In this document: positions 22,874 through 36,500 of the stretch, piece after piece
Position numbering within the stretch: the first letter of the stretch is position 1
Layout of the letters: each line of letters opens with the position of its first letter
Assembly: GCA_040954595.2 (NCBI GenBank)
Contig: CM082595.2
Coordinates: forward strand, 3,023,943 to 3,087,942
DNA: 64,000 nucleotides
From: Balanoglossus misakiensis
Lineage: Eukaryota; Animalia; Hemichordata
Direction of reading: 5' to 3'
Notes under the pieces: generated by a model
Seen by the model: only the letters and a program-made list of their open reading frames with translations
Databases searched by the model: none
What the model was told of the DNA's origin: nothing
Made by a program: the position numbers and the translations under genes

Positions 22874-24554
22874 GTCTCTTGGATGGTTTCTTTGTTTGCC
22901 GACAAAGCCTACTGGTGGTGGGGGTATGCTGAGGCGACATGAGGCGTAGGAAGCAATTCATGGTTGGGGGAGGGGGGCAAATGTAATCTACATTCTGGTG
23001 GCGAATGACCGACAGAGTAAATTTGTATATATGCATGAAATAAAATAATTGAAATAATACATATGTATATGAATGAATTTCTAAAATGGTGGCACGAGCG
23101 CATTCATTGTGTTTTGAGGCACTAACTTTCGACCCTTTTTTCGGGCTTTCTTTGTCTTCATTCGGGGTTGTTATTTTTATTATTCGGATATTAAGATGTC
23201 ATGCGATTCGGCAATAAAGTCTAATTCTTCCAAAACTTACAAATTTCAAAGCATATCACGTACACATTTTAGTACCACTTTGGCAGTAAGTAGCGCTTGA
23301 TTTTCAACCAATAAGAAACCCTACAAGTACGCATGTTTCCTCAATAAACTGTAGAGGGCGTTGTTTTGGGGTGGTTTTGCAGGAAAAAAGTGCGAAAAAC
23401 GTAGTCGACAGGGGAAAAACAGTTAAGATGAGACTTTATATAGTAATAACAAATGTCCCTTGACAGTTTTATTTATAATATTTTACAGAATGGCTAGGCA
23501 ATAAGTTTTCTTGCCATAATAAAGTCCACAGGTACCACAAGTGTTCTCAAGAATGAAATCTTGTATTGTAAAACAAAAAAAGTGCAATGCTTGTTTCAAG
23601 TACTGGGTCCATTTATGTGTGTACAATGAAAGTGCGAACTGAGTTTGTGCGAAAATAAGTTTACATATTTTTATTTGTTTTACATTTTTTTAAAGTTCAA
23701 AGTCTCTAACACAAAGACCTGCTTTCAATATACTGAATCATGTACCACTTTAATCCTCATGTTTAGAAAACCATTTTTTTTTGTAAATGTGTATTCACTT
23801 TGTTCGTTTCATAAAGGATTCATTTTTGAATTTTTTTAATAAACAAAGCAAATTTCCAAACCTCTTTGTAATTTGTATGAGCTTATATTTTTCTCAACAT
23901 ATACATAGGTAAATTTGTGATAAGTAGTTAGAGGTACAATTCAAATGTTGCATATACTTTCCTTCTCAATTGGCCAGACTCCCCAACGTACAAACTATCA
24001 CAAAATGACAAATATCTCTGTGTGCCTAAGTATCGTAAACATTCAAAATTTACAGCCACAAAATATTCAAAGATTATAATAATTATTTCTGTATATTTAC
24101 ATGTATAATACTTTTATCAAGGTTTTCTCAAAGACAAAATGACAAATATACATTTCACTAACTACTCTACTACAGGTAATGAATATACAACAAGAGGAAA
24201 CTATAAACATATGCAAGAATTATTCATTCTACATCTCAGATAGAAGAAGGGGCGGACCAAATACCGAATTTCACATCATTGGAAGAATTCTTGTCTCTGA
24301 AATAATAACTTAAAGGTATCCAGTGACGACAATAAAACAACTACCGTACTTCACATATTCAATGAAAGTTTCCACTCTCAGTAATCACAAGTTCATATTT
24401 TATAGCAGCATCGTGCATAAACACGTGTACTTTGCACAAATTATTATAATTTTGGACCCCCTTACATCCCCATTTACAGTTGTACACCAGGTCCTTCATA
24501 AAGAACAGTGCACTGGGTGACTCTGATAAATACTGTACAGATCCACGATATTAA

Positions 24555-27500
24555 TTACTGAATAGTAACAGTTTTTGCAGACCCCTTTCTCGATGTCCCT
24601 GACCTTCGACTGCCAGCTGACAATGGCCTTGAACTGTGCTGGCTGCTCGGACGACTGCCGGCTTGACTGCCATCGCCACGACTTCTTGGACGCTGAGAAC
24701 CATGGCTTGCTGGTCTGATATCGTCGCCTGTTTTTGATGCGCTACCTAAAATACAAATCATTGTAGATGATTAAGTTTTGATTGATGCAAAGAAGAATTA
24801 TCTCTGATAACTTTAATTAGCTTTGCTGATAATTTATTTAAAGTCATCTTTTCCCATCATTGCATGAAGTAAATGTTTTATCATACAATTATTTGCGTGT
24901 TGTCATTCAATGGAATGCAAGTACACCTGGTGTGCAGTGAGCAGGACACCTGGTAAGACATACAACCACCAATCAAATGAATGTGTGTACGTTAAGGCAG
25001 TGTCCGTTCGGCAGAGGAACTGCAAATGTACCAAGCATGCATGAAAACATTAGCTGGATTGGATGTGTTTCAGGTACGTGCACATTCCCGGGACGTGTTC
25101 AGTGGACGGACACAAAACCATTTGTGAACACCAAACTTTCAACGATTGTACGTGAATGCATGGACGGATGGGTGGATGGATACACTGTGTGAGGGCGATA
25201 GACAAGTACCATTGCTAGTACATGTAACCGACATGCTATATCATTTTCTCATCGTGACTGAGTAGGTTTCCATGCAGGTAGTAGTAAATGAAATACACGT
25301 TCTTGTATATACGGGGTCTCAGGCATTACAAAACAGTGCAACAAAAAATTCCGTCCGCATGACTACTTACTTTGAGTACTTACTACCTGCTGTTACGTCG
25401 CCTTGGAAATTGAAACAACGAAGAAATGATGTTTTGTGTTAAAATGTATTATTAACTCCAGTGACCTCTTTAGAGGTCCAACTTTCCCTTAGAAAACAAT
25501 GGGTTTGGACTGAACCATGGTGGTGAAAAGGGTTAATCTCTACAACACTGCATTCTCATTAGCACAAAACCCTGGTAGTCAATTCAACACACAGCTATGC
25601 TACAGTTACAGAGATTCAACACTTCTAACCAGTACTATTTGGTCAGGCTCTGGTGCTTTCGGTGACGTGGGTGAATCCACACAGGGAAAATAGGGGTGTC
25701 ACTCACAGTAAAGATGACAGGTTCCCCTCTGAGTGACATGTGACAAGCAACAAAACAGACGTTGTATGTGTGTGTATGAGTGTGTGTTTGACACAGCAAG
25801 GAAGTGTGTTAGCGCATCTAGCCAGTTGCCATGATCACTGTTGGCATGGTAACAGAGCTGTCACATTGTGACACATTTCTGAGACATAAGATATGTGATG
25901 TACAGATTGCAACCATGACACATACATAAACATTACATCACTGTGTGAGAGTGCCCCTAAGGAGCACGATAATGTGACATGAAAAGCATATCACACTTTA
26001 CTTGTTAATATTCCACAATGAAGTGAAAAGCACACAGCGTTAGATGTGAGACTTGTTGAACATATTTAATAGTGGGTGAGAGGGGGGTAACTTACTGAGG
26101 GGTGTGGTCAGTCTGCTGTTAGCGATCGACGGACTACTGCTTCCTATGGGTGGCAGTGTCACGTCCGTGTCGCTTATGAAACCTGTGTGTGTGAGTGAGC
26201 AGTCGGGGGGAATGGGTTAGTTATTGGGCAGCATGCATATTTCAACATAGACTCTCTCACAGCCCACGGTTCGCTACAAGGCTCTTCACTGACGCGCCCT
26301 CAACCGTTTAGCAAGGGAGAAGCACCGTTTGGTGTTGTGTAGCGGGCACACATGCAATCAGTCCATAAGCCTGCATGGACGGCGAGAGGGGCTGTGAGAG
26401 AGTCTAATTTCAACATAGCAGGGATGGAGAAACATATGGGGGGTGGGGTTGTGGGGTTGGGTTAACAAAATAGGCATTTTGAAGTTAGACGGGCAAACAG
26501 TGCCATACAAGCACAGGGGTAGGTTTGCATGGGAGATTTTCCTTTGTTGAAATATTTCCATAGCTAGTTATCTTCCTTTACTATTCTTCAAAATCCCTAC
26601 TCTTTAAAACAACCTTTCCTCTTTGTGTATATTTTCTCAAGAAAACATTAACATTGATCATCGATACTTACTTTGTCTGCTGGAGCTTGGTCTTGACTTG
26701 GGGAGTTTGTCCGACGGTTGCGGCTGTGGTGGAGGTGTCTTCAGCCCTCCTCTGCTTCCTGGACGAGAGCCACTCACGTCTGGAGTGCGGGGTAGTTTAG
26801 GTCGGGATGAAAACGCCATGCTGTATTCCTTAGTACTGCAGGAAAAAGTTTGTGTTGTCAACATTCCATGCAAGAAATTATCGGTGTGCACTACAACCCC
26901 TGACTGACATGGGTGGACCTTCAGACAAGCATGCAGATCTTGGCCAATCAAACTGAGCAATCAATACAAAGTTCTCCTTACTTTGTAGAACAAAGTAAGC
27001 AACATCATGTGATGAATAGTAGAACTGATTAAACTCCTCCTTTGTATTGTGAACATGAAGACATCACAGGAAAACCTTACTGTGATGAAGATGGAGGATA
27101 ATAAATATGGATGTACTCTTTGAAGCGAAACAACCACGAAAGTTCATGAGACATTTTTTGACAATAATTTCCAGAACACTCACTTTGCTTGACCCCCGTT
27201 GATATTCTGTAGAGCTTTGTTGGATGGTCTGACACCAGAGCTCTCCATGGCAGCGGCAACTGCTCTCTCTTGCTGTAATTTGCATAACAATAAAAGTTAT
27301 TGTTATGTTGGATGAAATATTATAGTTTTGCCAAAAATGGCCCAGTACGAAGATGATCAATAATCTACATCAGAATGCCGAAATTGATAAGAAGCCATAT
27401 TACTTACTCCCGTAGCTTCTGCTAACATTCTCTGTGCCTCCGGATCAGTTCCTGAAAAACAAGTCAGAAAACTGTGAATATCACTACAAACAGCAACAGA

Positions 27501-30500
27501 AATTTGTCTACATCGGTCAATTTGTTTCATGGCAAATCTTAACATGCCATTTCTGCATTACTTCGACTTACTGGGCGCTCTACAGAAAGACATGATAGAA
27601 AATATTTGAGTGTTGGCCAATTTTTCATAAGGCATCATCATTTTCATCATCTACAACTTTAAGTATGTGAAATGTGAACAGCATCTTCGTCAACAGTGAC
27701 TTACTGATTGGAGGTGGTAATGGTGATGGCGGGATGGACTGTGAGGAGCTGGGACGGCTACCACTTGACCGCGGTCTGGAGTTTCCGGTCCCGGGTCGAC
27801 TTCCACTTCTTGTTACTGGTCTGGATATCTGCAAGCGAAGTCAAGTGTTGTACCGAAGTTTGAAAATGTTTTGTAGCATCCTACAGATTTTGTTGTTTCT
27901 ATAGAATTCAACAGAAAAAGGGTCCAAAACTATACAGAATTCTATAAACTTATATAGAAATTCATTAGGACTTACCTGTCCATTCATTTGACTCAGAGGT
28001 CGGCTGCTTGGAACAGGACTAATTGAAAAGTAAATTATTAAAATATTTGTTTATTTCTCCAGAAATGTAACTTATAAGATGATGTATATTTGTAATCAAA
28101 ATGCATCGATTTTAAGAAAAAGTTGAGCATCTTGGACTCTTAGAGCAAACCTGAAGCCAAAGTAAACAAACTGCCCAAATCTTAGATATCCACCCCACTC
28201 CCATTTATCAGATAGCAAGAGGGGTGTCACTCACCTTGGAGGAATGTCAGCTGCCATTCTGCGAGTACTTGGTGTGACAGGTCTTCTTAGAGGTTCGTCC
28301 AATATTGCGTCTAGTTGCTGATTATAAAATATGCCATTATTATGTGCGATCATGGATGTCTATTACAAATATTTGCTATAAGAACTTCATGTACTTAAGT
28401 GCTTAAAAATGTCTAAGATTACGAGAATACTATTGGTAGTAAGTTGAAGTCATGATAATTTACACATATGAAAAAAAAAGTTAAACATTGAAAAGATAGC
28501 ACTGGCAGTATGTCACATGAAAGTATTCTAAGTTATGAGTGAACAAGATGGGAATAATAAAGACACAACAAAGAGCATGTGCAGACACAGCAGTGTTGAG
28601 ACATTCACCCCTATTTGCTGATGAAATGATCCACTCCTCAGCATGTTACAATGGGAAAGGGGCATGACTCACTGGGGAAATAGGGGTGTAAGGTGCATGC
28701 TTAAGTCAGAAAGCAGAGGATGTGGATAGAGTTATTACAATTGTCAGAGGGGGTACCTTATTTCTCTTGGGTTTGGCACTGTGATTCGGAACCTGGAAAT
28801 AGAGACGGGACCGTACGTTACGGACATGCAACATACATGCATTTAATACAACAGTCAACCACATGATATGCCTCGGACACCATGGTCTAACTATATGCAT
28901 GTTAGTTTGCGATGTTCTCATGACAAACACACATATGTGTGCACACAAACGTATACTTGCATACACACATGCATGCAAACACATAGACACAGTCACCTAC
29001 ATGATACACAGAGACAAAAACACACATGCACGCATACACACACATACACTAATGTATACTCACACACACATATACGTACACACACACAGCCACTCACACA
29101 CACTACACACACAAACTCACCCCAAGATACACTGCCTGGAGTAACTTCTCTCCAGCTAATTCCCCAGGCTCTGCTTGGATCACCTCCGCCTTATCAAGAT
29201 CTGCCTCCATCGCATCCTGTTCCTCCTGATAGAAATAATCACATTTCACACTTCAATATTTCCCGTTTAAGACTTCTGCATCACGTTAAAAAAAGCATCA
29301 AATACTGTCATCGACACTGTCAACATCAACACATACTGACTTCTACACCATCAATAATAACATATGTAGACCTCTGTCAATATCAACCTATATTGACCTG
29401 CAGAGTGATGTAATATTTACCTCGTCATCATCCTCATCTTCATCATCTGAATCGTTACCATCATCTGGTTGTTCATCTGTCAAAAAACAGACATTTCTTT
29501 GGTGAAATATGGTCAAAGGCACTATGTAAGACTGGTCATCTTCAATTATCTGTGTTCAGTGCTTTTAACATTTACCTGGGTACCACCCTTGACAAAAACA
29601 ATGTATGTTACTGCAAATGGTTGACTCAAGAACTTCACAAGATATACACTCGATGTCACTTACTTGAATTGAGTTGCTTGATAATGAATTGAATCTGTCG
29701 ACTCATGTCAGGATTGTCGTCTTTCAGGAAAGTTCTCAGAATCTCCTCCAAACCCTGAAAAATAAAAACAACATTTGGTGTCACATCAAACAGATGATAA
29801 TACAATTTATTCTGTACACATTTCAGGAACTTTTGCAGTGTCTCTTTCATTGGAAGACTGCTGAATCTTATCTGCACAACCTCAAATGGTTTATTATTTA
29901 CAGTTTCTGTAAGTCGTCTGAACCTGCCCACATATTAAACACAGTGTCCACCACCCAGACTTACCATTGCCTTGGCCTCGTCTCTGATTGATGGAATGGC
30001 AAGGATGCTGTAGAGTGTCCCATTCACATACGGGCGAATCTAGACAGAAAAAAAATTATTATTAATTTAATGACAATTATTGAAAATACGTTATATATAG
30101 ATAGATGGGAATATCTAAGTTGCCAAAAACCATTTAAGAATTATTCCTCACCTCTTGATTTTCATGACCGAGGAGATCACTCAAAACTTTCAAGATGTGT
30201 GGTGCGTCTTCGATACACTTCATTTTACCTGCACGGTACAAAAAACAGCAAAAATATTGATACACAGTACAATCTATATGTACACTAACTGACCTGTAAA
30301 AGACTGAGTTTAGGAAAGTCCTTGACTGGCCACTATAGATATGTTTGACTGTGTTTGTGTGAATTATATACTCTTACAGAGAACAGAGCCTTTGGAACAG
30401 GTGCAAATCACCAATACAAACAAACAGTGGACACCATTTACTGCTGATCATGGGACACATTTGCTGAGATGACTTACCAGCCGTCCTGAGACACAGATTC

Positions 30501-33500
30501 ATCAACAAGGCTACTGAGTACTCCAGTGTGTAGTCTGACAGGGCGTCGCTGTCTTCCAGTACTGAGACCAGCCACTGAATCAGATTTCCGTCTATCATCT
30601 GAGTTTGCAGAATACGCCTGTGAATCAGAGGTAGAATTGTCAATAAACGAATCGGTTTGGACAGTAAATATACACTAGCCAGCTATGCCAGTCAACTGGT
30701 GGATATCAATACTTGAACCTCATTCACTCGATGTTGTATAACAAACCTGACTTACTTCAGACTTAGTTTCTGCATGGCTCCTAGGATGTTTTCCCTTGTA
30801 ATGGAGTCTTTGTCTTCTGACTGTAGTGTTTCATGCAGTTCGGGGAGTAAGTGGGCGTTCTTGGCAAGGTAGGTCCTCCCTGTCGTGATGAGTGGCAGAC
30901 AGTGTATTGTTAGAAGGCGAGGGGGGAAGGGGAGGGGAGGGAAGAGGTGGTTGTGATGGCTGAGAGTTACTCACGCTAAAATGAGATCTCACACATGGTC
31001 AAGTCACATACCTTCTGCTAATGATGCAAATGCATTAAACAATCTGGCTGTGTACTGCCGAACAACTTCTGCATTGGAGCCAAGTAAATCTAACACTTTT
31101 TCCTGGAGAAAAAAGAAGAAACACATGCATTTGGACCAACCACACATATCAACCCTTTTAATGCCTTAGTAAACTTGTCGTCATCTTTCAAAAAATACAC
31201 GCTCATAACTTTTTCCACATTTGTTCTCAAATTTTGATTAAGACCTGAAGACAGTGGAAAATTATGACCACTTCGTCTAAAATTCAGGAAAACAATTGGA
31301 GAAAAATGAGTGAAAATGTAAAAATATTGCACCATATTATGACAGGGAAAATGTGACATACCTGGTATTCCCCTCTTTGAGCACATCCTAATAAATCATT
31401 CAAACAATACGATGACATCACCATGTTTCTCTGTTCTCCAGGCATGCTTCGTGTCAGTCTCTGCCCAAAAAAAAAGAAGTCAAAAAATCAGGAGAAACAT
31501 CTCTGTATGTGAGAATTTTTCCCAATGCTCAGAGATGACAACAAACGTCTATAATAGAACACAATGAATAGTGGCCAATTTCTAAACATATCAGAAATTC
31601 TTACATCTTACCAGTGTATATTACATGAAAATAGAAAGGTACAAAACACTCACCCATCTCAAAGCCTGTAAAAGTAACATTTTTCTTCTGTCATCGCCGT
31701 TTACAACATCTTCTTTGACTTTGGCATAATCCAACGCTGGCAACAAGTTCTCTTCCGCTTCACTGTACAGAACAGAAAACAACATGTAGATAAATCTTGG
31801 CACCGCTGCAATCCTGAAACCCCTACATTTCTGCCATATTCCCTTATTCCCATTGTATTTCTGGGTCGGTTGGACTATACCATTTGGAGTTGGGTGTGAG
31901 TAGGTTTATATACAGAGAAGTGCACTGGGTTACGGGTACATGTGTCAGTAAATTACATGTATTCATTTGTTGCTGTGTGTTGCAATAACTGTATTGTATT
32001 GTAGTTTAGTGGTAGTAGTGTAATGTATTGTAGTGTGAGTGTAGTGTAGTGTAATATGCTGACTGTAACATTCATTGATGATATGCTATTTTAGTATCGC
32101 TACGAGCAGAGTTAGATATATTAATTCGTATGCAAGCAACGCCGGGTCTATGCCTACTGAAACTAAAAACAAGCAGATTTATTGGAGTTTTAATGTTGCT
32201 ATTAAAATGATTAGATAAGGTCCATCAGTTGCAGCTATTAATTTGGAAAGGGTTTAAATAATTTAGAAAATGCATGAAGTACATGTGTTAGTGTACTGCA
32301 TGTACTGTTAGTAATTGCTGTACCAGGTTGTTGTGTATTTGGTGTAGTTAGCGTCATTAAGTTGAGGTTAATGGCTATGTGTGTCTGTTTGATCATCGTG
32401 AATTATGAACTGTGTACAATACCTGGATTCCTCAGGGATAGGACTGAAAACAAAGGGAACGCATTATGCTGTTAGTCTTAGAAGCCAAACAGAAGCCTGA
32501 AGTTACCCCTGCTGTGGTTCAGGTTAAGACATGCAATCAGGTTTGTGGAGAACACTACAATGGCAGAATGGAACCGATCACAGCCTGGTCTTTCCGGAAT
32601 CATCACTTTAATATATTTTCGTTCAGAATTAAATAACTTACCTGTGAGGTAATGCAGAAGCTCTCAGTAACGTACCAGCCTATAACAGATTTTAACAAAA
32701 GATTAACACAATTCCATGTCACACTGATTTCTATATCCTATAATTTAGTACAAAATTTGTATTATATTAAATATTCCCAAGTTAAACCAAGACTCAAATT
32801 GAAATATCATAAATTGAAATTCATAAATTTGGGTAGGGAAACTTACAGTTCCTGGCCGACTGATGTCCACAGATTCAGCAACATGACTACTGAATAATTT
32901 TGTACACACTGTTTGTAGATATTCTGGCGTAACCTAGGAGACAACAATGTATGAATGTTACTAACTGTACTCATAATCCAAAGTCACTGAAAAAGTGTTT
33001 TTAATTGATACACAACTTTTCAACAAAGTAGAAGGCAAAAATGCATGAATGTTATAAGATTGAATGAATGGTCTGTTAACCCTCTCACCACCATGGTTCA
33101 GTTCAAACCCATTGTTTTCTATGGTAAGGTTGAACCACTAAAGAGTGAACTGGGGGTGAAAGGGTAGGCTTGCGGCAATCTAAAATGATACACAACTTTT
33201 CCAAAAAAAGTAGTTGGTGAGAGAGTAGTCTGAATTGAGTTATGGCAAGGATCTTGCCACCCCACAAATTGAACTCAAAGTTGCCAGCAATGAGACTGCT
33301 TTCAACTGCAGCACGGGCTCAAAGGCAATCCACCTCAACCCGACCACAGCCAGATCCAAGGCTTCTTACGCCAAACTTCGCACCATGCCAATCACAGTTG
33401 CTGGTGTCTCACCCGTCGTGATAACGACAGCGTCCATCTAGGAACGTTTGATTGCTTTGGTCTCAGACCTTCCCAAGGGTAAGACAGAGGTTACAACAGA

Positions 33501-36500
33501 ACCTGTAGGTGACCCCTAAAGTGAGCATTCACACCAACATACCAAAACCAAGGAAAGCGAAATAGTCTTAAATGCTTATTTATATCCTCAAACTTTATCT
33601 ACAGTGAGAAAATAAAGTTTTACATTTAAGAAAAAACTTACTAAATTCCCATTTATACAACTTTCTAGTGAGTCCACCAGCTCTGCAGTAATTCCAATCA
33701 AATTGTGGTAGTCTGCCTGTAATGAAAATTAAGAAATAAGACCATTTTTACAATTATGAATACATAATGAGAGAATGGAGCATTATGGGAGTAATTTATT
33801 TGCATATCAAGTGAAATTTATTGTTGCAAAAACTATCAAATTTTGGGTAAATGACATCTAGGGTTAATAGAGATGTAAGCGCTTTACAGTAAAGTTTATT
33901 TTTTTTCACACCCTCACGCACACACATACACGTACACACACACACACACACCCCTACCTGTACTTTGTTGTATCTCTTCATGTACGTCATAGTTTTCTTT
34001 TCTGCATCCACTAACGCCTGCTGTAAATCTTGAATTTGCTGTGCACTGGCTGTAAATCAATAAAAACATCAAAATTAATAATTTCACCAATGTTGTACTC
34101 AGTTCAAACACCCATCACACTTGTCTGAGAACTTAAATACTGTAATAATTGATTTCAAAAATGTTATTAAGTTTGTTTGAATCAGTTTTACTTACCTGTA
34201 TTCATGTCTTGCTGTGTTTGGGGGAAAATCAGTTAAGGTCCATCAGCAAACTGATTCAGTTCATAAACATTGACTGCACATGTAAATTGCATGTGGCCAC
34301 TATACAGAGGTGGCCACCCAACCAGGTTTGACTGTAGTCATTTTTAAAAGGATACCCATATTTCTAATAACTTTGGTTGTGGTTGTGACTTGAGTGCAAG
34401 GGTCAGGAATTTCTCAAGTCTCAACTGCAAATCCGGAACCCAGCTATCCTGGAAGAGTTCCTTGAACGATGGATGCTGCGTAGGATTTGGAACAAATGGC
34501 AAGGCGTAGAACGGAAGAAATTCCGTGGTTTGGCTGAGAGGGGCTCCCCTGTCCTCCAGGAAATTTTTGAACTCTGACATGGATTCTTCAACCCGAGATT
34601 TATTCTGAAACGTCAAAAAAAAAAAAGAATGTGATGAAAAGTTTACTCAGAGACATATAACTCCATCAAAAATGCTCTCAAAATAGTCTTGGCTAGGATA
34701 GCAAACTTGGGTGTTTTTTCAGTTCATTTAGAATAGCCTAAATTCACAGCAAATCAGAACTCACCTCTTTACCAGTAGTCATGGCATATCTTATTGGATA
34801 AATGGCAAAGTATATACTGACGTAGAATTCAAGTTTCTTGCAGACGGGATCTTTGTTCCGTATTCTTTCTGTGATGTTGTCGTCCCAAAGTTTGAAGAAC
34901 TCCCGCCGAGCTCCAAGTTGAAACATGGACAGTATATCCGACTGAAAAGGCGAAATATTTATTAAGGGTTAACGAACAACAGGAATGACACAACTTAATC
35001 TACAACAGAGGTCTTTGATTTTTTTAAACTAAAGAACCAAATATAAAAGTGACAGACTGGTGAATTAGTTGCCATAAATATTTTATTTACTGACAATCTA
35101 ATTCGGACTGGAGGCATTATCTGGTCATTTTAAACCACAAATACCTAATAAAATCATAAATATTGGCCTAATGCCATATATGTGCTTGCACAGATGACAT
35201 AGTGATGATGTAGAACGCAGCTGTCAGTTCATTTCAGAATGCTTTAAGACAAGTGAGTCATACATGATCCGCACAAAGTATTTGCACTGCTGTGTAATTT
35301 TGATTTTTACTCTTGACAATCAGAGAAATGTTTAATTCTCCGAAATTTTTCATCAGAAGGCGACACAATTCGAGACAAGCGGAGTGGCCTTGCACTGGAT
35401 TGATAAAAAGTTGAGTCACAACGCAGCTGTATTCACTATCACTGACTCATGACATTCAAACAGAAGTTAATTCTTCTGTTTGAGTCACTGCAATTTTCTG
35501 TTTATGCTAAAGAGAAATGTGCCCACTGATTTGAAGATTTTTTAGTGATGTACATAGTTATTAGTAGTCGGTCACCGGTCAAAATGCCACCTGTACTCAT
35601 AATATCACCAGCTTGAAGGATTGTCACAGAAACACTCTTTATTTCAAAATATAATGAAGTATGTGACATTCTCATCTATCATAATTAAAACATAACCCCA
35701 GCTCTGTATTACCACAGCATTACACATGAATTAGATCTTACCATGCACCATGACAAATCTTCATTAATCAAAGCCAAGTATATTAGTATTGCCACAGACA
35801 GCATCATTCATCATCTTATGGAAGCAAAAAGTTGGTGTTGAGTCAAAATTCTGAGTTTCATATCAACAACCTGAATTTCTTTCACTGATGTTTTAGTTCA
35901 ATCTTTACATGTTTTCTCTCACCTGGATATCCATTTTCTGTTTGTTCCATTGTGGCTTCGGTTTTGCTTTTAGAGGTCTACCCCTCTCTCTTGATTCAGC
36001 AGAAAATGTGTCCGCTGCCTTCTTGTAGTTACAGAAATCCAAATACTGAAGGAAAGAAATGGAACATGAAAATTTGTGTTGTATAATACTTCTAACATTA
36101 GCGTACATGTCAATTGGGATACCTACATATTTATTAATTTTGATATTTTTGTAAACAGAACAATTTTCCCTTGAATAAGTTGTAACGGCAGGTGTAGTTT
36201 GAAAGATATAGTTTTCTAGACTGCTTCAATCAAAAGCTGTTGTGCTAAATCTAGTGTGAAATGCCCACATAAATTATTGAAGAGTCTGAGTTTATTACTT
36301 ATACATTAATTTTCAGTCAAGGTAGCCAGAGTAAAATGGATAAAGTCTGTCACCCCTATTCCTAAGTGGAAGGTCCATAGATTGAAAACAGTGGGAGTTT
36401 GGACCAAACTACTCTAAATGGAATGAATCATGAAATCACCGCCTTGTAAGTTGACCAAATGTCACCAAAAGCATGCTAAAATTCCCAGCATGCTTTTCAA

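Noticed and set aside
25630-25690. Possible ARMC9 exon encoding [16 protein letters not shown]
   Set aside because: There is no AG acceptor (the sequence reads ccctgtgtgg), and the open frame is phase 0 while the flanking introns are phase 1.
28706-29413. His/Thr-rich and Cys/Val-rich ORFs (also at 37954-38364)
   Set aside because: These are translations of CA/TG microsatellites.
33227-33470. GC-rich intronic segment with a 68-aa plus-strand ORF and tagtctga...tcagac ends
   Set aside because: Probably an old TIR element, but the ends and TSD are too degraded to call and the ORF has no recognisable features.
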